Position numbers and translations under genes: made by a program. This document shows, piece by piece, positions 14,370-27,687 of a stretch of DNA of 64,000 nt. This stretch comes from Octopus vulgaris (lineage: Eukaryota): the NCBI GenBank assembly GCA_951406725.2, contig OX597827.1, positions 74,896,001 through 74,960,000 on the forward strand, in the 5' to 3' direction. The notes under the pieces were generated by a model, which was not told the origin of the DNA, ran no database searches, and worked only from the letters and a program-made list of their open reading frames with translations. The stretch's first letter is position 1. Every line of letters starts with the position of its first letter.

Positions 14370-16794
14370 ATGCTCAAACTCTTCTTAAGTTTGACTGCCT
14401 GTTATGCTTGGTCACGGATCACACTAACAGCTTAAGTCAAACTTTTTCGTCGACGAAGAAATTGCTGAAACTGCTTGAGACGACTGGAGACAAATTGTTG
14501 AAAGATAATGACTGCGGTGGGTTGATTGTTTCAAACTAGGTAGATTCTAGATTTCAGTTAAATGTTCTATGTTCGGGGTCACCACTGTAAAGGGAACTGG
14601 TTGCTTCTTTACACTTTTGGGGTGCAACTTGGGTGCAACACAATTTCCTTTCTTTTTGTTTCTAGAAACTACCAGTCAGGAACGAAACGCAAGTTTTAAA
14701 ATAGATATAATTCTTTATTTTCTTGGTTCAACAATGAAACACGATGGTATGCTGGGTTTTTTTTCTTTTTTTTTTAAATATATATAATTCTTAATTTTCT
14801 TGGTTCAACAATGAAACACGATGGTATGCTGGTATCCACCTAGTTCAACACAGCAAGGCTGAATTTAAACGTTTGTAAGCTTTACAACAATTCAGCAGCA
14901 ATAGAACAGGTTAAATCCTAAGCGTCTGGGACAGGAGAATAGGCTGATCACAAGTTTCAAAATATACGTCCTTTCTCTTCTATCGCCGTGTCTCAAGTTC
15001 CCGACGCTATTAAGGAATGCTATACAATTTATTCTTCAGTCTCTAGCGCATGTGCATGAGGGAACTTCCTTATGCCTTTCCAGAAGGCTCCAACGCCACA
15101 CACGCACACTGAAGAAGGACGTTCAGCACACGAACATTGAAGAATGACGTTGCGTGTGCACACACTGGCATATGACATCACTACAAAGGTGACGTTCTGC
15201 ACACGCACACTGAAGAATGACGTTGCGTGTGCGCACACTGGAACATGACGTCACTACAGTTGTTATTGCTTGGGGTGTTTTCTTTTTGTGAATTGTTGCA
15301 GTGGTGCTAGTATTGGTGGAGATGGTTGTAATAGTGGTGGATGTGTTGGTAATCGTAGTACAAGAGAGGTTGGCGTTGCTGTAGGTGTGTTTGTGGATGT
15401 TGTGAGCATATTTTCGAGGATTTTGGCGTGCGTTGGCGAGGGGAATGATACTTTATGCTTTTTATATTTCTTTTTCAGGCGGGGTTTCTCCTTCGTTTTC
15501 ACTTTGTGTTGCAGAGGTATCAGTATCTGTAGAATCAGAGTGCAAATCTGTATGTATTTGACCTTAAAGGAGATGGAGTGGGGACAGGAGAGGCCGGGCT
15601 TCGTTGAAAGGGACATACTGAGTGTCGGGTGTACGTTATAATTATTCTTTCTGCTGAGGGTGGTGGTGGTGGTGCATCTGTTACTCGCGTTATTGGTATT
15701 GTTGATGTTGTTGTTTTCCTTGGTTTCTTCCAGCATTTGCTGATTTTGTTGTTCTTGTTGATGATGCTGTTGTTTCCAGAGTTGTTGCAGGCTTTATTAT
15801 TGTTCTTGTTGATGATGCTGTTGTTTCCAGAGTTGTTGCAGCCTTTATTGTTGTTCACTGATAGCTGACTTGTGGCTTGTGGGGACCTGGTATTGACAAT
15901 AAGTAGGCCCTATTGTTCCCTATCTTCTGTTTAGAAGAGAAAGCTTTCAAGTGGCCAACCCCTCAACCTCCACGTAGGTGGTGCCATGGCCTTCTAACAT
16001 CAACTGTAAGATGCAGCACTTCTTCTCCAAGAATACCAAAGAGATCTGGGAGCTTGTGGATTGTGTCTGGTTTAATGTAGAGTAGTACCTTCACGCTAAT
16101 CCCAGACCGATTTCCACGATGGGTTCGCTTACCTCCAGGCGGCTGTTATTCCCTCCCAATACGACGCACGCTAAAATCCACCATAAATTTAACTCAGGTG
16201 GAATTCTTGAGATCTTCACTCTCACAGTCCTCCTTCCTAATACGATGGATAGAGAAGATGTCTTTCGCTCCAACAGGGAGCCACAGAGTATTTGACGGCC
16301 AGAACTTCAATCTTGAAGAGCAATCAAATACCCACAAATTGCTTGGCTCTCGAGATGTGCTGAATGTCGGATATTATTTCTTTCTCCAATGTACGGACAC
16401 TGAATTATTGCATGCAAGACGGTTTCGTCCCCCTGCATGCATCTCAAGCAGGCTCGGCTGTTGGATCTTCCATGCCTGAAGAGTTATTCTCTAACAGGCA
16501 ATGTCTCACTGTAGTACTGCTATACCGAAGACTTTTAGAAATTGTCCATGATCTTCGACCCGAAGATCTTCTGTCAAGGCCTAGATTCAATCTTAAAACA
16601 TCATCGCTCACACCATGAACTAGCCCCGCGCCCCAGAAATCTTGAGGTGTTTTCCCGTTAACGGTTTTGTGCAGCTGATGCAATTCAATGAGTTCCTGGC
16701 AATATTCTAGATGCCAAATACTCAACTTTGGTCTTCGTTTGATCCACGACTAGAGTTCTGTCAACAAGAAATGCTTCGGAGTAATTTGAACGTA

Positions 16795-16897
16795 AAGAAG
16801 AAGAAGAAGAAGAAGAAGAAGAAGAAGAAGAAGAAGAAGAAGAAGAAGAAGAAGGAGGAGGAGGAGGAGAAGAAGAAGAAAAAGAACAACAACAACA
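16795..16897 (+). repeat. (AAG)n/(GAG)n/(AAC)n microsatellite
   Basis: Direct reading; length differs from paralogs at ~45105 and ~63641. Confidence 0.95.
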
Positions 16898-17047
16898 TGA
16901 TCATCTTTATCATCATTAAAATATTTATGTACTGAGTGCATTAGATACGGAGAGGTAACTTAACCTGTGTGGGTGTTACTTCCACAAATTCTAGGATGTT
17001 AAACATGTCTGTTGTTCACATTTACTTCCCTCAGTTTTCATTAATAA

Positions 17048-17411
17048 TCTCTATATATATAAACGGCAAAATGTCTGCATGCGTGTCCTTTATACAAATC
17101 CACAATTTTTCAGTTAGAGGGCTCGCACTTTCTATGGTCATTCAAAACCGTCCAAGGGTGGTCAAGCACATCTTTACATTTCCCCAGTCACCCTGTAAAG
17201 CCATTAAAATATCAATAGAAGTGACTTTTTTGTGAATTTTCTTTCCAAAACCCAATCAAAATGCCTGAAACTTGATACGCCAATTGAATGCCAGCTAGCT
17301 GTATGTGATTGGTTGGAGATTTGGACAGTACTCGCGCGTATGTGTGCACGCACGCAGCTGTATATGCATGCATTAGCACTATGACCAGGCGTTGCCGGGT
17401 CATAGTGCTAG
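17048..17411 (+). mobile_element. Non-autonomous Helitron-like element (paralog 45292-45655)
   Basis: 5' TC, 3' CTAG, inserted at A|T, GC-rich 3' hairpin, no TSD. Confidence 0.75.
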
Positions 17412-17737
17412 TTCAACATAACTCAATGCTTAGCGAAATAAGTATTTATATACTTATGCCCTTGTAGAGAGTACGACAACTTGAATTAATCAATACATGT
17501 ATATACAACACATGTATATATACAATACCTATATACAATACATGTATATAGGTGAGATAGACATTGTTAAAGTAAGATTATAACAATCAAAATTTTAAGT
17601 AAGACATCTCAATATCAAATAGAAAAAAATTTTTTATGGGTTTATGCACATGTATCCCACTTGATTAAAGTTAAGAACAGATCATGTGTGTGAGTAGTGG
17701 GGAAATAGTTTGATTATAAGTATAGATGTATACTTAC

Positions 17738-17872
17738 GTTCCTGACATTCGGAACCCCCATATCCAAGTGCACAGCCTCTAGGACATGCACCATGAATCG
17801 GGTTGCAGTTGTCATCATCAATACAATTACATGTTTTGTTGCAATGTAGTCCATATGTGCCTTCATCGCAGA
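17738..17872 (-). CDS. Exon C1 of multi-EGF gene; CDEGTYGLHCNKTCNCIDDDNCNPIHGACPRGCALGYGGSECQE
   Basis: 135 bp; ttttacag acceptor, gtaagt donor; phase 1-1; 8 Cys. Confidence 0.9.
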
Positions 17873-18337
17873 CTGTAAAACAAACGTATTATATCTTATA
17901 TTGCGTAAAACGGTAAAGAACTCGTTTCATAAATGAAAAGATGGAAAAAAATCAATCAATGACTGATGACCAAGACAACCATAATAGGAAATCATTTAAC
18001 CAACTACGGCGCCTCAATATTTTCGATTGATCTGCTAGTAACAGCGACCAAATCTTCCTCAAACAATACCCTGTTAGACTACAAACAAGAAACATTAAAC
18101 AATGTAGACCTAAATATCTCTTAAGATGGCCACGGGTGGAATATCTATAACCGTAGATCTTTCTAATCAGTCAGGATTCATCAGAATATAAACAACAGCA
18201 GTAATAGTGGTTGAATAACATGGGACTGCCTTCTCGATCTGAGTTTACCTAAATGCAAATAACATCATCAGCAACAACAAAAGCAATGATATACAAACAA
18301 ATAAGAAAGCCAAATCTCTCAGCAATCGCTCAACTTG

Positions 18338-20084
18338 CTAGTACATCGTATCAACGAGGGAACTGACTTGGGCTTCATCTTTACCATAAAGTTTGAGGTC
18401 ATCCATGAATAACAAGTGGTTGACTATTTGTTGGTGGCTTTTGAATACATACCCAGCTTTTGCTTTCCTGAGAATCAGTGTTAGTGAAATCAAGCACAGT
18501 ACAAAGATCAATGGAGACAGGCAGTCCTCTTGGAAGATGCCTTTCTGATTTCTACTTTCCCTAAACTTCTTTCGTATACTGCCAGGTCTGTCCTCCAATT
18601 CACCATACTTTTTCCAAGCAATCGCTCAACATTCGATGCAATACCAAATAGGTTCATACATTCCATAATCCAAGAATGTAGGATCATATTGTACGCCTTA
18701 CGATAGTCGATCCATGACATGGCTAAGTTACTTTTCCTCCTCTTACAGTCTCTAAAAACAGTTTTGTCTATCAGGAGTTGATCCTTGGTACCTCTGCACT
18801 TACGCTAGCAACCCTTCTGCTCATGTGGCAGGACTCCAAATATTTTTCCAGATGTTCGTACATTGACTCTGCGAGTATTCCAGTTAATAATTTCCACGTA
18901 AGTGGCAAACAGGATATCGGCCAGTAGTTGTTTACCATATTGGCTTTTTCGATGTTTTTCAAGCACAGCACTGTCCTACCCAATGTCAACCACTCTGGTG
19001 TTACTTGGTCGGCATTTAACAAGGTGTTGATTTGTGCAGCTATTCGTGCATGACATTCACCAAATCATTTGATCCAGTAGCCTTGAACTCCATCTGATCC
19101 CGGGGCCTTCCAGTTGCTCTTTGTTTTGTTTTTTTTTTGCTTATTTCCTTCACTTTCCGAACTGAAATGACTAGTCCTGTCTGTTTTGGACAGACTACTG
19201 TTTGTTTCAGTTCTTGCAACCATAACCATTCAGCACCCTTTTCGTGCTCCTTATCTTTGCTCCAGATGTCACTCGAACATCTTTGACTTTCATTGTTATC
19301 TGGTATCAACTTTTCATCTGTACATTCTCCATTTATTCCTTTATAGAATCTCTTCTGATCTACTCTAAATAACCCATGCTGGTGGTAACCCTTCATTCTT
19401 TGGTCATATCTTACCATCTTTGCTTTCTTTGCAATGAAGTGCTGTTTCAGTTCTTCTATTACCACTTCAGGCCCTTTCTTTCAGTATCATACTTCCTGTT
19501 TGGTGTCATGTATTTTTATTCGTTTTTAAGTAACCTCTTCTCTTTTCGGTTTCACCAGTAATGTCTTTCGGGAACATATTTAACCCCACCTGTATTCTTC
19601 TTTTCTACCATGGATTTTTTTTCTTTTGTCACTCCCATTATATATCTTTTTCTTGACATCATCATCTACATTTTCTGCTACAACAATACTTGCTGCCTTC
19701 ATCAAATTTTTTGTTTCTGTAATGTTTTTTTGTTCTCGTGTATTTCAGAATTTCATGTCTCTCATCGAGCAAGTTATCACTGTTCCTTTCCTGTGGTTTA
19801 TTAGAGATCTCACCTCTGCTTTCTACTATGAGATTACTTTTATCAGTAAGAACAGCATTTTCATCGTTTCCTCTACTGCTGTTTCCCAATACCCGTCTTT
19901 TGATAGCTTCGAGCTATACTTCCGTGAACCAAAGATTTTTTTCTTATTTCTCTATCTTGATCATATAATCTCTGTTCCGTGTATTGAAACTATCCTCTCT
20001 CTCTTCCTTGATCATACATAAGTTGTCGGTATCCCCTAATATATGAAAACTATTTTCGTCTACAGGGTTGCTCAGGTAGTAACA
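18338..20084 (-). mobile_element. Degraded R4/Dong-like LINE fragment (RT region); its 5' part continues at 21952-22290
   Basis: [17 protein letters not shown] and NYWPISCL fragments; partial paralog at 46581-47533. Confidence 0.82.
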
Positions 20085-20833
20085 AATCTACAATATAGGA
20101 TTTCTTCAATTACAATTTACCTAGCAATTTTAAGAGTACAATGCATCGCGTCATGCCAGCTCCAGTTTTTAAAATTTAAACTCCAATTAAGCAAAATTTA
20201 CAGAAAACTCACATTCTGGTGTGTGTGTCAAATGCTTTTCTTAGTCTGGTTTACAGCACACGCAAACGCACACACACACTGTGTAACGAATAAAATGAAA
20301 CTAGATGTAATATTTGTTACTGTCCATGAACGCTGATAGATACATGAGTAAAATGTATGGGAAGCTAACAAATAAGAGTGAGTGAAAATGTTCTTGGAAG
20401 AGAGTAAATTTGAAGCTTGAGAACAATCAGATACATTTGCAACACATCTGTTGAAAATATTATTATTCACACACATACATATACATATATACATACAGAC
20501 AGACAGACAGATAGACACACACACACACACACACACACACATGATCCAGCATGGCCACAACCTCAAGGCTGAAACATATAAAAGAATAACAGAATATAAA
20601 TGTGTGCATGTGTGAGAGAGAGAGAGAGTGTGTGTGTGTATATGTATGTATGTATGTATATATATATAATAATGCGGTTTTTTCAACAGCTTGAACTAAA
20701 AGTCAGAGGGGAATGGGATAAACTACTTATATTAACTTGCTATAAAAGCAGGTAGTAATTTTATCTTGTCCTTATTCATAGTGCAAGTTTTGAAGAGTGC
20801 ATTTCGATTTTAACAGCTATTTTTTTCAAAGCT

Positions 20834-21255
20834 ATGTTGGAAGTAACAAAGGAGCATATTTGGCATATTTTGCTTTATGAGTTCAATAAAGACAACAACG
20901 CAACGGAAAGTACAAGAAATATTAATGCAGTATATGGGGATTGGACAATAAGCGTAAGGCAGTGTCAATGGTGGTTCCAGAAATTCCGAGCCATAAACTA
21001 CAGCCTAGAAGACGAGCCTCATCCTGAAAGATCTGTAGAACTCGACAAGGACATCCTGAAAACCCTGGTGGAACAAAATCTCATCGTAACTGTTGAGGAA
21101 CTAGCAGAGAAGCTTGGATTTGATCATTCAACCATTCATTGAGACCTGTGTGCTATCGGAAAAGTCAGCAAATTGGGTCAATGGGTTCCTCACGAACTTT
21201 CCGAGCCTAATTGCATGCAGAGAGTGAATGTATGCTTTTCTTTGCTGTCACATCT
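20834..21255 (+). pseudogene. Mariner transposase N-terminal (HTH) fragment
   Basis: HILLYEF..WFQKFR..SLEDEP..; WVPHEL-coding sequence at ~21182. Confidence 0.75.
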
Positions 21256-21277
21256 CACCACTACTGCGCTATGTATA

Positions 21278-21951
21278 TCTATATATATAAAACTGTAGTT
21301 GTGTGAGTGTCTGTCCCCTTCGATTTAGATTCCTAACTACTCCCACATTTTGCGGTGCAGTTTAACCAAATTCGGGTAGCTTATAGTCGTGATTCATATC
21401 GAGCCCGTCTGAGTATTAGCGCGCGTCTACGATGAGTCTACGATTTTAAAAATAATTTAACATCATTTTTTATTCCATTTTAATGCATAATTTTTCGTGT
21501 GTCGATGGCGGCGGAGTTGGCGTCCATGGTCACACCTGCACCTGTGTTGCTTTTCCCCCTTCTTCCTTCCCTCGTGAAGCTGTGGGGAAGGGAGTGTAAG
21601 GAAATCAACGTCGTAATGCGTTGTCAAGGAGACCAGCGTTCTTTTAGAACAACGACTTCATGGCTTGAAGACACCAAAACAGAAATGGCTAAGAAAGCGT
21701 CTACATGAGTCTACGATTTAAAAAAAAAATTACCATCGTTTTTTTTCCATTTTAATGCATTTTTCGCTATTATATAAGGGAAGTAACTCTCTAAAAATGT
21801 CTACGATGAGTCAACGATTTAAAAAGAAATTTACCATCATATTTTTTCCATTTTTAATGCATATTTTGCTATTTTGGGGCTATAACTCTCTAAAAATGCT
21901 TATATAGTTATTTCCCTTACAAACCCGAGCAACGCCGGGCGATACTGCTAG
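21278..21951 (+). mobile_element. Non-autonomous Helitron-like element
   Basis: A|TCTATATATATAAAA start; hairpin CCCGAGCAACGCCGGG, then CTAG|T; internal repeats. Confidence 0.75.
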
Positions 21952-22288
21952 TCCCCTAATATATGAAAACTATTTTCGTTTACAGGGTTGCTCAGGTAGT
22001 AACATTCCATGACTACAGCATTGATTTGTTAGTTCCATCTAATCTGTGTGGTTGGGTCCCTAGCTGGATAACGACAGGCGGGAATCGGACCAGTAGCTGT
22101 GAGCCTGCCAGGTGCAATGCTGTCACAATCATGGATTTCAGTTTCATTACTACCATTATTCACAATATTTTTCATCGTCACTCATATGAGATAGCGATTA
22201 TCAGATTGCACAATTACCAGTATTTTTATTGTGACCCCATCACTAGATGTATCATCAATCAGAACATGGGAAGTTTCCAATCGCTTCC

Positions 22289-22289
<1 letters not shown>

Positions 22290-22351
<62 letters not shown>

Positions 22352-23654
22352 GCTTTTTTCCTTCTTTCTTCAAATTTTCTTTTGTTTCTCGCCGAGTGTT
22401 TTCCATACACCTAGGGCAGAGAAGGGCATTGTATGCATTCCCAGATTACACGTGCAAATTCACAGATAAAATATGTATTTAAAAATTAATAAATAAATAA
22501 ATTCATGGATGGATGTTATTTTCACAACGATAGTGCTCTTCTGAGTAGATAAGCCGTTCCAGTTAATACAATTTTTTGCACTTCCTGTAGGGATGGTAAG
22601 CCTGGAATCATTTTCAAATAGGTTTCAGTACCTTTTTTAATCATTCCTAGAGATCCTACAATCACTGGTACTGTAGTCGTCTTGAGATGCCACATTTTTT
22701 CAATTTCCATTAGCAGGTCTTTATATTTACTAATCTTGTCAAATTCTTTCGCCGCTATATTGTGATCACAGGGAATACTCATATCAATTAATAAACACAT
22801 CCTTTTTGTCTGATCTTTTATAATGATATCCGGTTTATTAGCTTTTATAGTCCTGTCGGTCTGCACGGGGAAGTCCCACAGAATCGACACATTTTCTCCC
22901 TCAGTCACAGCTTCAGGATGATGTTTTACCATTTGTCAGCGGTTTTGATTTTGTAATGCTGACATATTGTCCAGTGTAAATACTGGCCTACTCTGTCATG
23001 TCTTGCTTTATATTCTGCAGGTGCTAAGACTCTACACCCTGAGATTAGGTGGTCTATTGTTTCAATCTCATCGTTACAGAATCGGCATTTTTCAGCTCCA
23101 TTTTTCATCACATTGGCTTGGTAGTTCCGGGTAAAAAAGCTTTGGTCTTCAGCAGCTAATATGAAACCTTCACTCTCTGCTTTTAGCCCTGAACTTCGTA
23201 ACCATTGGTGCGTGTATTTCTGGTGGACATCAGCTTGTTTGCTACGGGCCACATACTTGCCATGGAAAGGTTTCTGTTCCCATCTGCTAGCTAAATTTTC
23301 ATGTGCTTTTGTCTTTGCAATTAATTTTATTTAATTACAGCTGCAGTTGGCGCATTTCCTTCAGCCTGCTCAATCTGGTGGGTATCTAAGGGATCAGCAG
23401 CGAATTTTTTGCTCTCTTTGAGAATAGAGTGAAGTTTTTAGGCCTTTCATGTTTTTCAACAAGTTTTAGCATCCAATCGTTGGTTGCTTCAAGGTATTTG
23501 GCCAATCCGATTGTGGTGGTTTTGTATGTAAGTTCAAGCTGGATCAAACTTCGACCACCCTGAGCTCTGGGAAGGTAAAGGCGATCCACGTCTGCCTTTG
23601 GATGGTGCATCTTATTACAAGTCAGTAGCTTGCGGATTTTCCTGTCAATTTTCA
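22290..23654 (-). mobile_element. Older R4/Dong LINE 3' fragment with (TAA)n tail
   Basis: ORFs 22522..22932, 22926..23252 and 23386..23655 are homologous to the 516-aa ORF; partial paralog at 47527-48342. Confidence 0.88.
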
Positions 23655-26600
23655 TTATTATTATTATTATTATTATTGTTACTTTTTTTTTCTTCTTTCA
23701 AATTTGCTTCCATTTCTTGCCGAGTGTCTTCCCGACTCCTAGGGCAAAGAAACTCATAGTATACTTTGGTAGGCCATTAAACCAAACTCAGTAGTTGGTT
23801 TTTTTTTTTTTTTTTTTTTTTAAAGCTAAATTAAAATACATGAGCAGCAACAGTTCTCACATCGACAATGCTCTTCTCAATACGTGTGATGTACCAGTTA
23901 AGACAATCTTTTGCACTGCTTGCAGGGATGGTAAGCCAGGGATCATTCTCATATAATTTTCGGTTCCCTTCTTGATCATTCCTAGTGCTCCTACGATCAC
24001 TGGTATTGTAACCGCCTTGAGATGCCACATTTTCTCAATTTCAATGAGTAGGTCTTTATATTTTCTGAGCTTGTCAAACTCTTTCGCTGAGATATTATGA
24101 TCACAGGGGATGCTCATGTCGATCAATAAGCAAACTTTATTGTTTTGGTCTTTCACAACAATATCTGGTTTATTGGCCTTGATGGTTCGGTCTGTATGTA
24201 CTGGAAAGTCCCACAGAATGGTTACATTTTCTCCTTCAGTTACAGCCTCAGGGTGGTGATTATACCACTTGTCGGCAGTTTTCATATTGTAATGCCGACT
24301 TATTAGCCTGTGGAGATATTGGCCAACTCTGTCATGTCTTAATTTATACTCCACTGGTGCTAAGACTTTACATCCAGAGATTAGGTGGTTCACTGTTTCA
24401 ATCATGTCGTTGCAGAATCGGCATTTTGGGTCAGCACCATTTTTCATCACATTGGCCTGGTAGTTCCGGGTTAATAGGCTTTGATCTTGAGCAGCCAGGA
24501 TGAAACCTTCGCTCTCTGCTTTTAGCCCTGAGCTCTGTAGCCACTGATGGGTTTGCTTCTGGTCAACATCAGCTTGTTTGCTGCGGGTCACATATTTGCC
24601 GTGCAGAGGTTTCTCCTCCCACCTATCAGCTAATTGCTCGTGCGCTTTTTTCATTGCTATCATTTTCACCTTCTTTGCAACAATAGTTGCCGTACTTCCC
24701 TCAGGTTGTTCAGTTTGGGTATCCTGCACGAGATCAATAGCAAATTTTTTGATTTCCTTTATGATAGAATGAAGCTTCTTTCGTCTCTCGTGATTTTCCA
24801 CGAGCTTTAGCATCCAGTCATTCGATATTTCGAGATATTTGGCCAGTCCAATTGTGGTTGTTTTGTAAGCTAGTTCAAATTGGATCAGGCCTCGACCTCC
24901 TTGGGCTCTGGGAAGGTAAAGGCGATCTACGTCTGCCTTTGGGTGGTGCATCCTATTACAACTCAGCAGCTTGCGTATTTTTCTATCTATATTCTTTACT
25001 TCACTCATATTCCAGTTCAACACATTGTAGCTATAAGTAACAACTGGAACTGCTAAGGAATTTATAGCTAACACCTTGTTACGTGCATTTAGTTCAGATT
25101 TCAGGACTGCACGAACTCTCCTATAACATTCCTTCCTGATTTTCTCTTTCATGCTTGCATGCTGAATACCAGAGCCTTCATTTATCCCTAAATATTTGTA
25201 TGTTTGTTCTTGCTCAAGCTCTCTTATGACTGTGTCAACATCTAACACGACTGAATTTGCGGTCTTCACTTTCCCTTTCTGGAAAGTGGCCTTGGCACAC
25301 TTCTCAAGTCCAAACTCCATCCCGATGTCATCGCTGAATGCTTTCACGGTGCGCAATAGGCCTTCAAGTTCATTATTGTCTTTACCATAAAGTTTTAAGT
25401 CATCCATATAAAATAGATGGCTTATTTTTTTATTGGCAATTTTATACCCATACCCTGTTCTGTTTAATTCACTTATAAGGGGTATTAGGGCTATGCAGAA
25501 TATTAAAGGTGAAAGTGAGTCACCTTGAAAAATTCCACAGTTGATGTTTATATTTTCTGAGGCAAGTACTCCATTAGAGTGTTATAATTGGAGATTCGTA
25601 TTCCACAACGACATATTGTGCTTCAGGAAGTTTGAAATCACAGGGGAAATTTTGAAGATGTCCAGCGATCTCAAGATCCATGGATGCGGTATACTGTCGA
25701 AGGCCTTTTTGTAGTCAATCCATGCGGTGCTGAGATTTCTGCGCTTGTTGTGACAGTTCTCAAGGATCATACGATTGATTAGCAGTTGATCTTTGCATCC
25801 GTAAGAGCCTCGGCGGCACCCTTTTTGTTCAATGGGGAAAATATCGTTGTTCTCCATGAATGCATATGTTTTCTCCGCCAGGATAGATGTTAGGATTTTA
25901 TACGTGGTGGATAGACAGGTTATAGGCCGATAGTTTTTGGAAGGTTGGTTTCGTTATTCTTTGGGAGTAGGTAAGTAATGCCACTTGCTAACCATTCAGG
26001 TGTTTTCTTTGGGTCTCTCATAATTCCATTGAGCAGCTGAACTAGCTTACCGTGTGCGCATGGGAGCGATGCGAGCCAGAAATTCAGCACCCTATCTTTA
26101 CCGGGGGATTTCCAATTATGGGCCTTCGTGAGTCCCTTTCTTAGGTCTGCTATTGTGATGTCTTCCCATGCTTGTTGTAAATTTTGGTAGGATCCTTCAG
26201 TTTGTATAATCCAGTCTGCATTTATGTTGTACGTCTTCTTGTCACTCCAAATCCTTTTCCAAAAGTTTTGAACTTCTTCCATAGGAGGGGGGTCTTTAAC
26301 GGTTGCTTTCTCCTTCCCTATTTCTCTGTAGAATTTTTTGGCATTGGATGTGAACAGCTTATTTTGCTTGTAAAACTTGTTTCTCTTCTCAAATCTTCGT
26401 ATTCTTTGGGCTTTTGCTTGGACTTTTTGTTTCAGCGTTTCTTTTATTGATATCAGTTCTTCTCTTGGTGAGGATCCAAATTTTCTCTTCATCTTTCTTC
26501 CTGTTCTGGATCTTACATCATTTCCACATATTAGTTCATTTAATATTGATATTTCCCCTCTCATAAATTCAATCTCTTTTTCAATTTTACTTCTCCAGGT

Positions 26601-26925
26601 TTGATTTCTTCCCAGGTTTTGTTTTCTTTGTTTTTTCGGGGGCATACAGCTGGTTTCAATTGCCCTAGCAGAAGCGTAAATAATTACATTTAACTCAGTA
26701 AAATCAGGTTTTAATTCTCGTATTATTTCATTTGTTACATAGTTGCCAATTTGGATTTGTTTTTTATTTTGGTTTGTGTTTGAGAGTTTATGAAGTGGTT
26801 CTCTATCATTCATACTTGTATGTCTTACAACTTCAAGCGTATTCAGGATTTTCTGCCTCATTTCTGCCATAGGCTCTCTGTGTTCTTCAGCAAATGCGAG
26901 ATCTTCAGTTACTGTTGTTTTTTCG
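23655..26925 (-). mobile_element. Young 5'-truncated R4/Dong-clade LINE (RT plus restriction-like endonuclease), copy-1 specific
   Basis: ORFs 25920..26870, 25582..25857 and 23857..25407 (YMDD, CRFC..H..C, RHD, KPD..D..K..KY); (TAA)n tail; 18-bp TSD TTTTCCTGTCAATTTTCA at 23637 and 26926; empty site at ~48325-48345. Confidence 0.92.
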
Positions 26926-26969
26926 TTTTCCTGTCAATTTTCATTATTATTATTATTATTATTATTATT

Positions 26970-27491
26970 GAGTGAGAGAGCAGTGCATGCCATCAAAGTG
27001 ACACTGGGGTAAAATATACGAAGGGTACACTAGGCACATGCATCACAACCATATGTGCGCGACATGGTGATCTCATATCAAGATAAACAGCACATGACCT
27101 TGCAGGTGGAGCCCAGTTAGAATTTTCTTCAGGTTGAGTAGCCCATCCCGCTCAAAAGGTCCCTGAATAAGGGTTGTTTAAGGATGTTGAAAGAACCACC
27201 CATGTTTCCAGAGGTGAATTATTCAAACCCCAAAGAATCCCTCTCAACACATGGCTATGATGCTCCCCCACTACTTCTGCTCGTGATCAGAGATGCACAT
27301 ATCGTCAGCCACTAAGGGACATGCTCAACTGGTTAAGGTCAAACAACTGACAAGCAAATCTGTGGTATTGAGCAGAATATTTGCTGTAGCCCATCTTTTA
27401 TACCAAGACAAAACAATGTACATGATAACACTTCCAATCAGTTAAGATCAGAAGCCATGAGAGCCACTGCCTGGTACTGCATCAGGGCATT
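26970..27491 (-). mobile_element. (TAA)n-tailed SINE-like element; truncated second copy at 27688-27955; paralogs at 48391-48911 and 49171-49436
   Basis: Four related non-coding copies, each ending in (TAA)n on the minus strand. Confidence 0.72.
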
Positions 27492-27687
27492 TATTATTAT
27501 TATTATTACTATTATTATTATTATTATTATTATTATCATCATCATCACTAATATTATTATTATTATTATTACTACTACTACTACTATTATTATTATGATT
27601 ATAATTATCATTATTATTATTATTATTATTATTATTACTACTACTATTATTATTATTATTATAATTATCATTATTATTATTATTATT
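27492..27687. repeat. Compound (TTA)n microsatellite
   Basis: Direct reading. Confidence 0.95.

Larger units (their letters stand above)
9637..15258 (-). mobile_element. Ty3/Gypsy LTR retrotransposon, internally deleted (no gag/protease), copy-1 specific
   Basis: TG..CA LTRs 9637-11525 (with mariner insert) and 14586-15258; 4-bp TSD GTTG; PBS TGGTGACCCCGAAC (tRNA-Trp-like) at 14571-14584; PPT at ~11526-11541; empty site at 43321-43340. Confidence 0.95.
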
